Both the position numbers and the translations under genes were made by a program. Under the pieces are notes generated by a model. The model saw only the letters and a list, made by a program, of their open reading frames with translations, did not search any database and was not told the origin of the DNA. A stretch of DNA of 37,808 nucleotides from Clostridiaceae bacterium (GTDB lineage Bacteria > Bacillota > Clostridia > CAYPLH01 > DUMO01). Shown here piece by piece: positions 36,861-37,808 of this stretch (its first letter is position 1; each line of letters starts with the position of its first letter). The stretch is taken from contig DUMO01000086.1 of the NCBI GenBank assembly GCA_012839865.1, positions 1-37,808 of the forward strand, in the 5' to 3' direction.

Positions 36861-37808
36861 ATGCCAAAATCGCAGTTCGTAGATCCATCAATTGTCAGGA
36901 AGAAAGGTAAAATTGTTTTCAGGGATATACCTGTCAACCAGTATGACAAAACAATTGAAGAGGAAAAACAGAACTTTTCAAAATCTGATTTTCTTAGAAT
37001 TTTCAGGGACATGGCAATAATCCGGGAATTTGAGACAATGCTGAATTTGATTAAGACCACGGGGGAGTATAATGAAATCAAATATAACCACCCCGGACCG
37101 GCACATCTTTCCGTAGGGCAGGAATCCTCTGCAGTCGGCCAGGCATACCTGTTGGACAGAGATGATTTTATTTTTGGTTCACACAGAAGCCATGGTGAAA
37201 TTATTGCAAAAGGCCTGTCTGCCATCTGGAAAACTGATGATTCGAAATTGCTTGAAATAATGAGGGAGTATGACGACGGAAAAATTCTGAACATAATCGA
37301 AAAGGAACAAGGGAACAACAGCGATGTTAAAAACATGGCAGTTGATTTTCTGATATACGGAACACTTGCGGAAATTTTTGCCCGGGTCACAGGCTTCAAC
37401 AAGGGCCTTGGGGGATCAATGCACGCATTTTTCCTGCCCTTTGGTATATATCCCAATAATGCAATTGTCGGAGGTTCAGCCGATATTGCCACCGGTGCGG
37501 CACTTTATAAAAAAATCAACAAGAAAAACGGTATAATTATTGCCAACATTGGTGATGCTTCTTTAGGTTGCGGCCCTGTATGGGAAGCTCTGTGCCTTGC
37601 AACCATGGACCAGTATAAAAAACTGTGGGAAGGTGAATACAATGGTGGTTTGCCAATTATATTCAACTTCTTCAATAATCAATATGGCATGGGTGGTCAG
37701 ACAGACGGAGAGACAATGGGATATGGCATGCTTGCCAGGCTGGGTGCCGGCATAAACCCCGAACAAATGCATGCAGAAAGGATAGATGGATACAATCCTC
37801 TTGCAGTA
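36861..37808 (+). CDS. ThDP-dependent dehydrogenase E1 component (alpha-type N-terminal part, truncated by window end)
   Basis: Not in the ORF track (no stop in window). Manual translation MPKSQFVDP...HLSVGQE...SHRSHGE...GLGGSMH...GDASLGCG...FFNNQYGMG (ThDP GDA..NN motif)...DGYNPLAV is open to the end; AAGGAG RBS. Confidence 0.92.
   Translation, partial: MPKSQFVDPSIVRKKGKIVFRDIPVNQYDKTIEEEKQNFSKSDFLRIFRDMAIIREFETMLNLIKTTGEYNEIKYNHPGPAHLSVGQESSAVGQAYLLDRDDFIFGSHRSHGEIIAKGLSAIWKTDDSKLLEIMREYDDGKILNIIEKEQGNNSDVKNMAVDFLIYGTLAEIFARVTGFNKGLGGSMHAFFLPFGIYPNNAIVGGSADIATGAALYKKINKKNGIIIANIGDASLGCGPVWEALCLATMDQYKKLWEGEYNGGLPIIFNFFNNQYGMGGQTDGETMGYGMLARLGAGINPEQMHAERIDGYNPLAV

Noticed and set aside
36803..37492. 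229-aa minus-strand ORF
   Set aside because: Antisense shadow of the E1 gene, which has clear ThDP motifs on the plus strand

Overview
Chromosomal segment from a spore-forming Clostridia (Acetivibrio/Ruminiclostridium-like; inferred from gene content, synteny and promoter types). It contains argG-argH (minus), ruvC-ruvA-ruvB-queH, a large modular MurNAc-L-Ala amidase, a GerM-family lipoprotein, the conserved nadD-yqeK-LytR_C-rsfS-leuS block, a DUF3048-like protein, a galE / nucleotidyltransferase / NahK-like kinase cluster, an acyl-CoA synthetase, a D-Ala-D-Ala carboxypeptidase, comEA, a corrinoid protein + ASKHA reductive activator + PocR-AraC + DUF2284 module with no methyltransferase in the window, a P-loop ATPase with a sigmaK-like promoter, and a SorE-like Zn dehydrogenase divergent from an E2-E3-E1 ThDP/lipoate dehydrogenase operon (E1 runs off the window). 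No rRNA, tRNA, CRISPR array or transposase was seen. Main candidates: (1) a 171-bp non-coding element present twice in inverted orientation (10821-10991 and 30214-30384; 159/171 identical, ungapped by manual alignment), with nested hairpins, one compensatory base-pair change and long flanking inverted arms, i.e. a MITE/REP-like element or structured RNA; (2) the SorE-like + atypical E2-E3-E1 locus, a candidate uncharacterised polyol/ketose-phosphate oxidation pathway; (3) the orphan corrinoid module. All family calls come from motif recognition, not database searches.
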